DNA of 63,264 bases, filler included, from Sluysia triapertura (Eukaryota), in the NCBI GenBank assembly GCA_046118255.1. It is 5 parts of 5 records of this genome, joined end to end, with 100 filler letters (N's around TTAATTAATTAA, not from the genome) between each part and the next. Parts side by side here need not be neighbours in the genome. Positions count along the whole stretch, not along the records: positions 35,010 to 49,777 come from JBJNIA010249312.1; positions 49,878 to 63,264 come from JBJNIA010034489.1; 3 more parts are not named here. One strand, given 5' to 3'. Below are positions 39,108-54,461 of the stretch, one piece after another. Made by a program: the position numbers and the translations under genes. The stretch's first letter is position 1. Every line of letters starts with the position of its first letter. A model generated the notes under the pieces. That model saw only the letters and a program-made list of their open reading frames with translations, had not been told where the DNA came from and made no database searches.

Positions 39108-41625
39108 CTTCGGTTGTTCCGTTAGAAATTTTGTATTACATGTAGTAAGAAGAAAATCAGTATATTGCTAATAATATAAGACTAACAAATGAACATTCTT
39201 GAGGTTCTGAAGTGTTTCGAGAATCAACAAATGTGTTAAATTTAATAACCAATAAATATGTGAAGTTGATGTTAGGATTATCAATGTCGATAATTATATC
39301 TACATTACTTAATGCTTTAATAATCATCCTTTTCAGATCAGATGCTGATAAAATAAACAATAATGATCCCTTTGTAAAAATCTATTGCACGTATTTTTAT
39401 TAACTGTTATTTGACATTATATTATTAGTTTTAGTTAAGTACAATAAAATAAAGGTTATTCTAAAAATAACTGGAATAGCTATTGTTATTTCTCTTATAA
39501 CTATGTCTCTTGTTCTGTGCATATTAGAATGTTCATCAATATTAATTTACATACAGTCTTTTTCTCATATTATTTCGTTCATAGTGTCTGTGTCATTTTA
39601 AATTGTTTCTTGATGATCATTATTGTTCTAACTATATGTGATTTAATCCGTTATTATAATTCGCATAACAATCAGATTATTACTATGTTCTTACTGAAAT
39701 ACATCTGCTTTTCTAATTATTTGATTGTACACTATCTATATGGTATCGAAAATCGCTCCAATGCAGTGTGTTGGTAAGAATTTTGTTTGTATATTTTGCA
39801 GTGTTGCTTTTGTCAATAATATAATAATTATTTTCTTGCGTGTTTTAACAGTGCAAACTACACTACAGTCAGAACTTTTTCTTGATTATTTCATAATTAA
39901 TTTCATCATACAGCCAATTTTACTCAATAATAAAATACATTTTAAATCTTATTTCATTTATCACATTCTCTATAATAATTCTGGGTATATTTCCATCGCT
40001 TTATTTATTTACTATTTTCTATATTCCAGTTATGTTATTGTACATTAACATCCGTTTTTATTTTATTCTGTAATATAACTTTATTTATATCCTTCTTAGT
40101 AGTAATTCATGTTTATTCTATACAGCTCTTTTCTTGACTAATTAAATTTTGTAAGCTTCAATCTTATTTTTATCTTTTCGATGTATTTATTGAGATGCTT
40201 TTCCATTTTCAAATTTCTGTTTGAAATAGTAATAGTTATTGGCTCGCGTTCGAGAGAATCTCAAAATTAAATACAAAATTATTATTATTATTATTAAATC
40301 AGAATTCTAGACTAAAATAAAAGCGTTGTTTCCAGTAGCTTCAAAGAGAAAACAAAGAATAGAGTAATGTAATATAAAAGGGAAAATATAAAGGTAAAAT
40401 AGGTAAGATATATTTGGAATAATCACTTTTGATAAGTGTAAAATAAGTGGAATAAGTGTATACTTTTGTCATTACGAGTAAGTGTAGTAGCTCAATTAAA
40501 GATAAAATCTAAAATAAATTAAATTTATGATATAAATATTTAGAGAAAATTTGTGAATTATATGTGTACAGACAATATATAGTCTAATGACAAACTAATT
40601 AAAAATTCGAAGATAAAGATAAGAATGACAAAAGTAAATATGAATTTAAGTTTTTCGAAACAAGATGAAGGGAATTTTTAAGTTTATCCTTTGTTTACTC
40701 TAAATAATAAATCAATAAGTCGGGTAGCCCAGCCATCTATTACGATTATATTATGTCATAAATACAACATACACACATGAAATCTCATTTTGAACTCACA
40801 TAAAATACTTCATCTTAAACGCATATTATAACATGTCTCGGGCATAACATCACATAACACTACATCGATTCACATATCTCCGTTGCTAAGTGTCAACCTG
40901 TAGAATGATGCTTCATTATTAGTTCCTACTATAAAACGAACAAGGAAATAACTGTTTTTGCAGTTTGAATTTAACTGGGATGCAGTGGCGTGCCAAGGGA
41001 GGAGCAAGACCTCGACATCACTGGTCAAAAGTCAATATATATTGACTGAAAAAGTCTAAATAAGAATAGTTTATTTTATCTTTTCCATTTGTACAACCGT
41101 GACATGCCACCAGGCCTGGCATTCAAAACTTGTCTATCACACTTATCAGCATCTATAAATTCAAATTGCCCCCTTTGTTAGTATCGGATTTATGGGTTAA
41201 ATTTTTAAATGTCGAATTTAAATATTTTAAACAAAGCAAAGTACCATTTCATAATATTAGTAGCGTCAAGACTGAACGTTTCAGTCTTTTAAGGTCTTTA
41301 AGTACACTATGTAACGTCCAGATTACTAAAATAATAATTATTATCAACGGAAAAGTCGAAGGTTTAATACGAAATAAAAGCAAAATTATTCGTCATACCA
41401 TTTCGGAATCATCAAGTTCGATCATGTTATAACCATATCATCTTGAGTTATCCGGTATTATCTTGTATTTGTAAAAACATTTTACATTTAGCTGGGTACT
41501 GCCGCTGCTCATTTATTACCTACCAGCTTTTTTTTCTTCACAGTATTAGAAACAAAAATTCGCATTATAATTGGTTTCAACTGATTCGATAATTCTTTAA
41601 TAATTTAATAATATAATATTTACAG

Positions 41626-44362
41626 GCTCTTATATTTGGTATATCTTCTATTCAATATTCAAATGAAAAAATGATGCTCGACTTCTTGAATCTGTTGAGA
41701 CCAGTTATTCCTATGACAACGGTATTTTTTCAGTTGCTTTATTTAGTAACTGTAGCAGCATTGAAAGATATCTCAGAAGTGGAAAAATTACTGGAAAATT
41801 TTTCGAAACATCCTGGTACAGATGTATCAAATACGAACTTGCCAAGTGGAAAATCTATGAATGAATTATTAGATGTTATTCGAGGAATTGTTAGTTATTA
41901 TTATTATTATCTAAGTGAATTTGAAATGAATTACACAATTTAATTAATAAATGTACAGTAGTGACAAAATTATTAGATTAAAACAGGAAAAATATGTTTT
42001 ACTTCAGTTTTCTTAATATTTGCTATTCTGGCCTGGAACTCTCCAAAGAAAATCTGTGGGAGATCGTCAAAAGGAGAGTTTCTACCCATAAACCAACCAT
42101 CAGGACGGAATTTATTGAAACCCTGATTAAGATGACGAGCTCATTCGTGGCATGCCTTTAAGGATTAGGGAATTATTGTATTCAAAGCAAGGCAAGCAAA
42201 TATATACAAAATACAGTTTGTATATATTTAATTTGTAGTAAATTGTGTTATCACATTCTCCATGAATAAAATTTCTGTATGTTTTGGATCTCACTATTTT
42301 TATCTATTATTTTATTTTCACCAGAATTTTTTAGAGAAAGTAGTTATTTTCCAACATTTAACATTTTCCGTGACAATGTTTTTATACACATTTGATTAAT
42401 AGTTTCATAGTATCCTTGAAAAATGTTGAATTTTATCACAAAATGGTCTTTAGATTAAAAGTATTTCTTTGCAATCAATTAATTCACAATGATATTCAAT
42501 AAAACATTCTAACTTGAAGCCCTTGAACATTAACGATGCACTAGACAAATTCATGCTGCAATTCAGCTACAGATCTTAGGTGAATGTGAAATAGTGTGTA
42601 GTAAATAGTTTTTACTTCTATTTATCTATCTCGGTTTGGTTTATCTGATAACAATTCTATTAGTTATTTAAATATGATTGGACTATACGTTTTTCTAGAA
42701 ATTTTTGATTTTTTCGATTTTATTTTATTAAGTTTTTGATTTAGCTATAGTGCTAAATTGTATAAGTAATAATATTCAATACGAATCATTAAGCAGATTA
42801 CTCTTGTGGAATTTGGAAGAAGATCGTATTAAGTTTGAAGATGCTTATGATTTGTATTGAAAAATAGGTGATGTGTAAGTATGGATCGAGCTTATACTTT
42901 GAGATGAATGGCTGTACCGTGTACATGAAAGAGTAAGAAGTATCATCAGGATGAATGTGAACAAAAAATTTGTTGAGTAAATCTTCATATGTATGTTTTA
43001 TCAATCTTTGTAATGTAATCTTAGTTGCTTCGAAACATAACTGATTATTAGTTCTGAGTTTTACGATTAGGCGCACAAATTGTATACTTTATCATAATTT
43101 GTAATTAATGACATTTTTTGGTGATGAATTTCCATTGTTATAAACAGAGAAATAAAATCAATATTCAAATGGAAAGATTGATTAAAACTATATTTTCAAA
43201 TTTTAAAAATAAATTTAAAATTAAAATCAACACAACAAAGATGAGGATTTATTAGATAAAAACTAGAAATAGCACTACTAAATATAAAACACTCGTTATA
43301 AAACGTAAAATTTTGTTCATACAACATGGTAAATCGATTAATATGAATGGTTACTAACTATAGTTCTCTTACTATTCCTACGATTGTGCAAAACACACAC
43401 AAAACAAATAATAAAATGAGAAATATGAAGCGGTAAAAACATGGTGACGACAGTGAATTGCGATCACAGCAGCAACATGTTATACTGTTTATGTGCGTTA
43501 TTGGGGCAGTCTGACAATATTTAGTAATTTGTGGGATCGAGTTTTATTTTGAAATAAGTTCAAGTCGAGGCTTTGATATGTGTGTGTCTAGATGTAAATG
43601 ATATAATCACTCCACAAATACATCTTACCTTCGGATTGACACTAGTATTTTCTTTCAGTGGCGTCTTTTCGATCTTTGATCTGTCTGGATAGGTCTTTCT
43701 CAGGATTGCTCCGTATGAGTAATTCACGTTTAATTTCATCTAGTTGGTAGACGCTTTGTTATCATTTCTAGCTTCAAGTATATCATTATCTTTAATTTAT
43801 CTAAAGCAATAATTGCTTACAATGTTTTTCTTTATAAGTCATTTAATAACTCTTATTTATGTAAATATCGTCGAAATAAAAGTAATTTAATAAATAATAG
43901 ATTTTAAGATTTTGTGTGGTAATAAAGTATTTATAGAACAGGAATATGTTTTACCATATTTCAGATAAAAGAATGTTTTGAAATTATCATAGTTTAATTT
44001 AATAAGCATTGAAACTGCGATACTTATATAACTTATTAAAGTATAAAACAATTACATATTTCCAGGTAAAAGAGCAATCGGCTCAACAAGTGCTTTCAGG
44101 TTCTATTCAAGCTGGTTCTATGTCCCCAAGAATGAATCCTTTTGCACCGTTGTCTCCTCTACCATTTAGACAAATGTCCATGCCAGGACCCTACCGTCCT
44201 ACTCCGTCAACCCCGACATCGTCATCTCAATCGCCTTTCTCAGTAGATCTCATGTCAAGTTCTGCCTCGACCGGTGGTCCGTCTCCGAATATCAATTCTC
44301 CTGGCTCTACTGGATCTTCCCTTCCTTCTCCGATACCCAAAACCTTCCAGAATCCTTTTTAA
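41626..44362 (+). CDS. 3' exons of an unidentified gene (41626-41889, 44066-44362) with a Ser/Pro-rich tail
   Basis: Both segments are stop-free, flanked by cag / gttagt / ccag in phase 0, and end at TAA. Helical-looking segment, then an S/P-rich tail ending NPF. Upstream exons not located. Confidence 0.7.
41956..42230 (+). mobile_element. Tc1-like deletion derivative within an intron
   Basis: TA-CAGTAGTGACAAAA terminus, then WPG..ENLWEIVKRRV..GMP.RI (Tc1 C-terminus WPxNSPDLNPIENLW). Confidence 0.7.
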
Positions 44363-46019
44363 ATATATTTATTATATTTCGGTTGTGTTTTAAATAATTT
44401 AATTCAATTCTGTTTTAAATTTAAATTCGAAACTTCAGAAAATCGAAATAATATTTAAATTTCGTTACGTTCTTAAAACAATTACCACAAGACATCAGTT
44501 TTCATAATTTAATTATCACGAATATAATTTAAAATAAATAAGATTAACACGTTCGCCACCAGCGTTAATACCTTATCACAGCGCGCAGAAACTGTAAAAT
44601 GTTTATATGTGAAGTGCACAGAAAATTGCAACAAAATGTTTGTTAAAATGAACGATATATGAAAACTAATTTTTTTAAACAATAGAAATGTTTAAAATAA
44701 TTATCTTTCGAGTTATCGGTATTAATTTAGTTAGCAAGACTTAAGTTTTTTTATTAATAATGTGGTTAGAGCAATTTTCATTTAATGTATAGCTTTTCCA
44801 AATATTACTTTAATCTAAAGATATTTTACAAATTGTATTTCAATTAATTTAATTAGGTTAAGTAAGAAGTGCACTTTTATAAAATTTGTTTACTTGGATA
44901 TGACGTGCTTAAATCTGTATTTGGAAAGTTTACAGCCAAGTAGCAAAAGCTTCATTTCAGAAGTGGTGGAGTATGCACCAAACAAAAACTGCGAAGAGAA
45001 ACAAGGTGTTGAAAATTGTTTAAAAATTTGCCATGAATAAGTTATGTACTTTTTGTGTTCACTTGTATTAAATAAATAGTTTCATTATTTTTAACATTCT
45101 TATCTTATTTACTTTATTATTATATTATATTATACTAAATTACCTATATTAATTAGAATAAATCCATTCTATTGCGCCAACTTATATTTTTCTGATTCCC
45201 ATTCACTTTTTGATTGTGATTGCATGACTGTTCAATCCATTTGAATTCTGATTGGTTTTCTTAAATAGACCTATCGTAAAATAAAATTGAGCAGAGTCCG
45301 GTTACAGTAAACGTCTGAAGTCGTAAATCTTAATGCCAATTTAACAAAATAATTATTCTCCTTAATCAATCGGATCCTAACTAATTTATAATTTTTAATG
45401 TTTGAAACTTATTGGTGAACTTAGTACTAATGAAAATCAAGACAAGTTTAAAAAATTTAAAACAAGAATTTATATTCTTTCGACAAAAATAGAAAGAGTA
45501 CTTTAATAATTTAAAATTAATTTTAATTTAATTATAAATTATTACCCTCAGTACATCGATGTTAAAAATCTCGTTTAAGAAAGATTTTACGTCTAATTTT
45601 AATATTTTAACTTCCTCTATGGAGAATAAAAACAGCCTAACAAAAACAACTTACGGTGTTCATGGATTGAAAAATAAATGAACTTGTTCTTGAAACGAAT
45701 AGTTGACTAAATAAAATAGAATTGTAGATAAAATGAATTCCAATGTGGCGTCTAAAAATTGCGATTATTTGTCAATGTTTTATGATTTATTGCAGCTATG
45801 CCTTCAAAGAGCACGAGTTTGATCGTATATAGTATAGGTAAAATTAAAACGTTCTAGGAATTAACTTCTAGTTGGCAGTGAACCTATCAATAAACTTTCT
45901 GATTTCCGTAATTGAAAATAATTCAAATTAGTAACACAGTCAAGTAAAACATTTTAAATCATAAATAAAAACGTTAACCAATAATAATTAATATATTAAA
46001 ATAACACAAAATCAATATA

Positions 46020-46147
46020 TTATTCATCTGTTAAAACCATCTCCAAGTTATTAGGATCTATTGGTGGAATATTTTCATCACTACCGGATATTTGTACGTC
46101 GAGTACGACCTGTTCGTCTAAAGGTGGAGTTTTCTGGTGATAATCAT
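46020..46147 (-). CDS. Candidate terminal exon of a minus-strand gene
   Basis: tag acceptor, then DDYHQKTPPLDEQVVLDVQISGSDENIPPIDPNNLEMVLTDE-stop. The parent gene is uncertain because a spacer separates it from WASHC2. Confidence 0.4.
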
Positions 46148-46439
46148 CTACAATTAGAAAACCGGCCTAAAATGTAAAACGAGTGTAAATGTATAATTAT
46201 AAATTGCTGTATTTTTCGTAATTTAAGCAAAATATTAAAATGGGTGCGTCTATACTATTTAATAAATAAAACACGAATAAAATATTACTTATTTATAGTT
46301 TCCAATTTTAGTACACTTTTAATTATTATATTGCATTTAGTTAAATAAATTTCGTTTCAAAAGTAAAGGGCACATTATACAAACTTTTTATTTTAGATAC
46401 TACAATACCTCTACACACCTTTTTGTCATCGAATTAATC

Positions 46440-46730
46440 AATGTATTTACTTTTTTTATTTGAATATTTTCCCCAACATCCAAGTAATGCAAGTATGCGA
46501 TATCCAATTATTTGGATAGTACTTATAAAAAAGCAATGGAAACAAATGGGTCGTCCTAAGGCACTTTCTAATCGGCAGAAAAGGAGTTTAATAAGGTATG
46601 CAAAACATAAAGCATTGTCTACAACTCGCAAAATGTCAGATTTAGAGCTAAACTGCAGTAAAACAACAGTATGGAGAATACTAAAAAATGCATGTTAAAC
46701 CTCCACTTACTGATACTCATAGCGCTGATA
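46440..46730 (+). mobile_element. Tc1/Tc3 transposase DNA-binding-domain fragment
   Basis: GRPKALSNRQKRSLIR..LELNCSKTTVWRILK followed by KPPLTDTH. Confidence 0.85.
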
Positions 46731-48313
46731 ATGCATACCACGACCATTTGATCAATAACAAAACAAAAACTAAGTGTAATTAATACGATAGACATGTTCT
46801 GAGTTGAATGTAATAGTAAAAGTAAACAATAAACGCATTATCAACACAGTGTCATATGAATATTGAATATTTATCATGAATGTAAATGCAAAGATGATGA
46901 TACAAAGTTTTACATATCAAATTCCATAATCTAACAAAATATGATGTCTTTGGTTTGTGTTTTCAACATTATTATAAATTATGCAATAAAAACACAACCA
47001 ATAAATGAATTTCAATATAATATATACGTATTCAAATTATTTGATTATAGAAAGAAATTTACTAAGTGAAGTTAAATCTAGAGAGAACACAATTGTAGAA
47101 AAAGTATTGTAAAAATTATTGGCCATAGTATAATATCAGTGGCACCAATCATTATTATCAATACAATTTTGTCGGCCATCGTAGTAATAATCATATTTAC
47201 AATTTTTGTTGAAATTTTTCGTAATAATCAATACGATTTTCTTGGAATCTTTTAGTACCAATTGTTAAATAATTTAAATATTATTAAATAAATATAGGTA
47301 TGTTTATGCGATGAGAACTAAAAATATTTAATAAGTTTAAGGTTAGCTTATTTTATTCTAGGTGGGTTATTATTTAAAGGTCATCCATCCTGATGTTAGT
47401 AAATCTGAAATCAGAATTTTCTCAGCTAATTTAACGAATTTGTTTAACTACATCTATAAAATAAAATTAGCTACACTGATATAAAAGTTAGTTATAATTA
47501 TAATACTGCATAAATTAACATACAAGTAAGTGTCCACGCTTTGTTTATACTTTGGATAAAATTTTCAACTTAAAAATCATTTAATTTTTTAAACAAAAAA
47601 ATACAGACTTTGTTCTTCAAGATTTTGTCAACAAACGAATTAACTGGATGTTTACGACCCAAATTAACTTGTAAGTTAGTTATAATTTCAAATACCGTTC
47701 AAGGTTGCCGCCATGTAATAATATTCTTTTACTAAAGGAAGATCGAAACATAACATAGGTAACTAAATTTTAAAAAATATTATATACGTTAACTCGATGT
47801 TAATAAATCGATTATTTACAACGAAAAAACTGTCAATTTTAAAGTTATATTGGATGACGCGCTAAATCATCCTAATATTAAATAGCATCAATTATTTTAC
47901 CACTGGATCAAAAGATGATAGAAAACAGTGGAAATGATTTTAGAAAAGAATGATTATAGTAAGAATGCAACAGTTTAAAATATTTTCAATATTAAACCCT
48001 ATAAATAATGGTGGAGAGGTATTAATTTCAATCAAAATGTGGATAAAATCGACTTAATATAAATGAAAATTGTTCTTTTCTAGTAATCCTGAAAAAACTT
48101 TTATTGAACCAGAACACCTCATAAGTATTATAGAAGATTTAAATAAGAGACTACAAATATGCAAAACACACTTTATTGAAAATGACTCGACAATAGAGTG
48201 CTTTAAAAGAAAATCGAATGATGGTTTGTACCAATATTTTCAATCTACAAATGGTTTGGAAATCGACGCTTCAAGTGCTGAATCGAGTCAGTCAATACTA
48301 ACTTATTTGTTAA

Positions 48314-48544
48314 CCCTTTGACTACCAATGGGATGATGGGTCCCACAGAAACTATGTTCTACATCAGTGGGTTAAAAGTAGCTTTAAACAGCCTAACAGA
48401 TCGTCCCTGTGGTTGTGTAGTGTTTATTGAATGACGTGAAATCAGCTGGTCGGTTACATTTTTTCAATTATGCCATGGCCATATTATTAGCCAATTAAGT
48501 TAATATTATAAGATGGGACCTAAAAAGGTTTGGTAGTGAAAGGG
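48314..48544. mobile_element. 231-bp piggyBac-type MITE
   Basis: TIRs CCCTTTGACTACCAA / TTGGTAGTGAAAGGG (14/15 match), with TTAA duplicated at 48310-48313 and 48545-48548. Confidence 0.9.
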
Positions 48545-50667
48545 TTAACATGAAGAAATCGTATCAATTTTTTAATTATTACAATTCTGTTTTCATTTAC
48601 TTATTTTGTTTTGACTTTAAAAATTGTAATAGAAAATTGCTTTTACTAAGTTTATGAAGTTGGAGACGGCAATGATGATACATTATTCAATTTTAAGTGA
48701 GATTATGAAAATTTAACATAATTTTTATTTTGCTCAAATTATAACAAAAGTAGTAAATGACTGAAATAAAGGAATCTAGTTTTGGAAAATTTATATATAA
48801 CTTAGTTTTTAATTCATTTGTTTGGCAGATGTATACGTTATTCTCATTGTCATTTTACATGATGATAAACTTAATATTAAATAACAAAGGTGCTTTATAC
48901 TTTTGAATCTTTGTATTGGTGTATTGCGAAATCAAACTGAGCTTTGATTTTTTTTGTTCAAACACTAATTAATACGATGATTTATTGTAATTATTAAAAC
49001 AATTTAAATTGAAAAATATAAAATTCAATTTATTGAGGCTTATTCTTTAGCAACCAACTAAAATAACACTTAGGGGAATATAAGAAAATTAGTTAGTAAC
49101 TTGTTTTTCATTCATTATATTTTAGTTAATACGGGTGCAAAATTTATTTTATTTGAGTTGTAATTTTTCAATATTAGTAAATTTTTAATATTAAAAGATT
49201 TGTAATTTTGAAGTTAATAATGAAAGACGTTTTGTTATTAAAGAATAGTTTGTATAGTAGAGGTGTATTGTTATAAAAGAATTTTCATTGTATACTTGTG
49301 TTTTTATAAAAGAATATATAGAGATCCGATTTGCTTAATTATTGGGTTATAGTTTCATAATTTAAGGTAAAAGTATAAAAGACACGACACTTCCTTAATA
49401 ATAATACAAATCGATTTGTTATTTGCTTAATAAATCTTTGTTACTATTTAATTTTTTTCAATCTAGAATTAAATTTAACATTTATTAAAATCAGAAAGAT
49501 TCAACTCAAATATGTTGCGTCTTTAAAAAATTGTTAAATATTAAAACTCAATCTTAATGTCTTGATCAGTTGAAACCGTAATCCCTTTTTTATAACTATG
49601 TCAATAACTATTATACCAAATTTAAATTTTTTGACAATCAAATCAGAACTAAAACAATAATGTACTATTAAATAAAAACCAAAATAGAATTTATTATTAT
49701 TATGAGTCTTCACAAAATGAAACTAAAATAGCAAAAGTAAAATAGCGATTACAATAATAACGAAAATATTACAATTTNNNNNNNNNNNNNNNNNNNNNNN
49801 NNNNNNNNNNNNNNNNNNNNNTTAATTAATTAANNNNNNNNNNNNNNNNNNNNNNNNNNNNNNNNNNNNNNNNNNNNAAATTTTACAACATTACATAGTC
49901 ATAGTAAACTGTATCCTAGCCAAAACCCATATATAGCTAGGTGTAAGAAACTAAATTATTTATAAAATTTAGTAAGAACGAATTGTATAATAAGTACAAT
50001 TTATAATAGAATATAGCCAAGTATATACAATAATCATGGCAATAATAAAAATACTAGGAAAAAATAGTTTATAAAGGCAGCAATTAGAAACAAAATCACA
50101 AATTGTTGAAGTACTTAGTGTTCGGATTGAAGTTATTGATGTTTTATTTAATTAATATTGGTCAAGCTATTGAATTTACATGTAGTTTATATTGAAAAAA
50201 AATAATATTTGGTTTATATTTGTCATGTTATTTGAATATTCAATATTCAAGTATTCGTGTGCTCAAATGTTCAAATCAAATGCGTACGCATTCAAACTAA
50301 AAAAATTCAAATCTGCATTAATAAAATTATTAAAATAAATAATACGCTAATATTTAAATTAAAATATTTAAAGATAAATTTTTGTTTCTTAACCTATATA
50401 TTTATAAGTGTTAGAACCGAATTGAATTTATTACTGTGATAAATAAAATTTACTCAGACAACTTTAAACTTATGTTTAGTATAGTTCAAGTTCACTTTAA
50501 TCCTTCAATTAGGACAAATAGAACCCCGACACTCAATTGTTTATTCATAATAGTACGAATTTGAGTTTAATTAATTAATAAATTAATAAATTATAATTAA
50601 CAGTAATATTAGTAGTAATAGTAATAGTAGTAGTAATAATAATGACAATGGTTATAATAATAATAAC

Positions 50668-53600
50668 TTCTTTTAGCTGTGTGTTTGCATTAGAAGACAC
50701 TACAATTTCTTCGTTTTCATCTTTTTCCTCCACGGAGATGATTTTCTTAAAAAGTTTTCATTAGTAAAACATTGAAATTTAAAATTATTTATAAATGCAA
50801 TTACAAAATAACTTATATGTATTGAGAAAATGAGACAAAAGTTAGAAACATATTTTTTATTCACTCTTAAAATATGAAATATTTTTACTTACCGTGAAGT
50901 TCCGTATTTAATGCGCATCCATGTTTAATGAAAAAGTTGTATATTCAAAGTATCAATACCATAAAATAGTGGTAGGCAACATTTTTTGGCGTAATGAACG
51001 GACTCATTAGTTGTTGATGGACAATATATATTTACTTAAATGTTTAAAGAAAAATAATTTTAACACTTAATCTTAACACTTTGATTAAGATTTTACTTAA
51101 TCAAAATTAGTTAATACAATAGTTTTAACTGAACTAACTACATAAAGTGAATAATTAACATCATCGTGATCATCAACTTCAGTATAAAATAATTTTTTTC
51201 ATTTGTAATTCTTTCAAGTCATATTAATCACTTTTGTTGTGTAATGTCAACACAAGTATTTAACTTATTGTTTCCAAAATTAATAATATAGGGTTTTTCA
51301 TTTAATTTAAGCCCCTTGTTATTTAATTTAATCCGGACTTTGAGGCTATAAGTTATAAATGAAAAACGCAGCAGTTAATAATGAAATTAGACGTGAAATC
51401 TGTCGAAGGTTTGAAAGCGGAAAAACAATAAAGGAAATATCTTTAGATTTTAATATAAATTCTAAAACAGTTTCTTCTATAATTAGTGTTTTAAAAAGGA
51501 TGGAAGAACTGACAAACTTGGTATTCGTGCACCTAGAGCAACGAAAATCGGAGAGAATGAAAAAAATTAAATAAAAAGTATCATTGAAGATGATGTTTCA
51601 ATAACATTGGAAAGACTAAAGGAAAAACTATCTTCGAACTTGAACATAAATTGTTCTATTTCAAAAATTAACAGACCGATAGATAATTTTAATTATAGTT
51701 TTAGCGTATTTCTTTGGTTCTGTAAGGTCGAAATACAGAAGCTAATATTGAAAAAAGAAAATATGCTAATTTGATTCTTCCACTAGAAGAAAACGATTTG
51801 ATCTTTTTAGATGAAATGGAAATAACAAGGAACAGCTATGGACGAAGTTTAAAAGGAACAACTCCCACCGAAACTGTCGCATCCGTAAGGAGTAAAAATT
51901 TTTCAATTTGCGCAGTGATGTCAAAAACATCACTAATTCAATTTAAAATTTCAGATAAGGCATTTACTGGGAAATCATACTTTTCTGCTATCCAAGAGAC
52001 TGTTGAAAAACTTATTCAGAACAATTTAAAATGGTAGAATTCTCATAACTGATAATGATTCGATTCATAAATTAACTCGAATCCATGAATTTTGCACATT
52101 TAATGGTTTTCAGATTGTTAAAACCAATTAAAGATGTTTTTAAAAAATTGAAAAATTCGATTAAATCCAGAAATTGCAGAACAGAGGAAATTTTTGATCA
52201 AAGCCTTTGAGAAAGTTCCTTTCAATTAAAGAAATTTTTATTTTACCGTCTTTTAATGGAATGAATATTTTTATAATTATTAGGGTATAATTTTTATCTT
52301 TTTTTCCTACCAATAATTTTTATGTTAGTTATTAAAAGAATTAAATTAATTATTATGTGTATTTTTATGATGGCCTAAAGGCACACAAAATTGCATTAAA
52401 ATACGATTGATTTTTATTAAAAAATCACAAATTTACTGATACGTAATCACAAGAAAAGTTATACTTGAAAGTAATTTACGAATTTCATGCCCTATATTTA
52501 ATAACATGTTCTGTTGAGTCATGGAAGAATTAGATCAAAATTCAAACATTCTACCTAATGGTAGTTTTAGTGGTGAAAAAGAATTAAATTCAACAATCGA
52601 CTCAACTGTACAAATCGTTGGTCAAATCAAATGCATTAGGGTAGCCATTTATAATTTTGCAAATAAAATCGTTTCAACTACGAGCCATAGCATTGTTTCA
52701 AAATGAACGTATTCTTTGATACAATAACTTTTGAAATGAATGGCATTAGTTATAATTATAATTTAAAACCGAAATATTTGAAAAGTTTTTTTAGTTGTTA
52801 ATTTGCGTAGATCTTAATGTTAAAAGGAATATCATATATTACAACCTAATGTAAGTAATGATACAACTTGATAAACACTTGTGTCGATTAATGTGGTATT
52901 TTTGCAACTTGCCAAACATGTTGTTATTTGTATATTTCATTGTACACATGTATTTCGTTGAATTTTGTTTAATCGGTTCTTGAACACCTATTTTATCTTC
53001 GAGTCAAATGTCGCCAATACAAAATTTTCTGAACCAAATGGCAATGCATTTTACACTGCAAATAATATTAAAATTCTATTAAAATTATATTGTGTTCGAA
53101 TTGTACTTCGAATAAACCCTTTTATGCTTTTTTGAAAACATTGTTATTGTTTTAATAATTTGTTAAGTATTAATTTATGTACAAAAATTATTTTTAGTAC
53201 AATCTAATAATGTTGAAAAATTATTTCATTACTATTTATTTGTTATAAAATAAAAGCTGCTAAATTATATTTTAAATCAAAATTGTTGAAGGAAGTTTTA
53301 AAAGGGGAATAATAACGGATTGAAAATAATTTTTATGAAAGTTGTTTTTGCAATAATATCGAATATTGATTTTCTAAGTATTGTCAAAAGTACAATTCCT
53401 TAAATTATACGAAATGGTGCTTATTATTTAAACACGAATGTTAAATAAGGCGTAAGACTATATAAACTAAATTATATAAACCATATAAACTAAATTACCA
53501 TATAAGTTACTAAATTAGGTTTAGTGAATAAAATAAAAATATTTAAACTTATTTAAACAAGATGTTAAAAGTTAAAAAAAATCACAAAAAACACTAACTT

Positions 53601-54408
53601 GATTGAATATATCGTCATCATTAGTATTACTATTAGCCGCACTATTAAAAATATTGTCTGAAGTTGATTTTGAGGAAACCATAAATTGATTATTGATCAA
53701 TCCATTATCACTTACTTTTGAAATCTGCTTGTGTTTATCTTCTTGATCTAATGTGGTGGTTTTACTAGTATTAGTTAATTTACTTGGAAGAAATAAATCA
53801 TCATCATCATCATCAATATCAACTTTACTATTTGACACAGTTTGGTTATCTAATTTCGATTTCGAAGATTCAACTGGTATTGCAGCCGTAGACTTTGTTA
53901 TGGTAGTATTTAATGGTTGTTCCTTTGTCACTGTTTCTTTGACGATTGAATTTTTAACAGAATTAACTTGTGAATTTGATGATCTCAAGCCAGATTTTGG
54001 TTTGGGATTAAATAAATCATCTTCATCATCATCATTCCAATCATCCCAAAGACCTTTAGTGGCAGATTTAACAGCTAAACATTATTTATAATCGTTTTAA
54101 TTAAACGCATAATTTCTATGTTAAAATTTTAAGCACGTTTTTATATGCACAATCGGTAATTGTCTGTGTACAAAAAATTCATGCAGCTGTAATGTAACTA
54201 ATTAATAACAAATCAATATACATTACTTACAAAAATATGTAATTAAAATGAAAATTATTAGGTGAGAAAATGAAGTCCAATTCAATTTAAAGTGTTCATA
54301 TAATTATAATTTAAATTACGCGAAATAAAAAATTATTTCATAAGATTGCATGAGTCGAATAAAAATTATGTAATAATTATTATTATAATTATGATAATTA
54401 TGATTACG

Positions 54409-54461
<53 letters not shown>

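Noticed and set aside
40983-41507. Possible hAT MITE starting CAGTGGCGTGCCAAGGG
   Set aside because: The partner TIR is too degenerate and no target duplication was seen.
42798-43076. PAS-like motif YEDLLNKFFVHIHPDD
   Set aside because: Single short motif with no other PAS features; insufficient support.
46020-46147. Assigning this exon as the last WASHC2 exon
   Set aside because: Separated by an artificial spacer, phase does not match exon 50668-50745, and no FAM21 motif is present.
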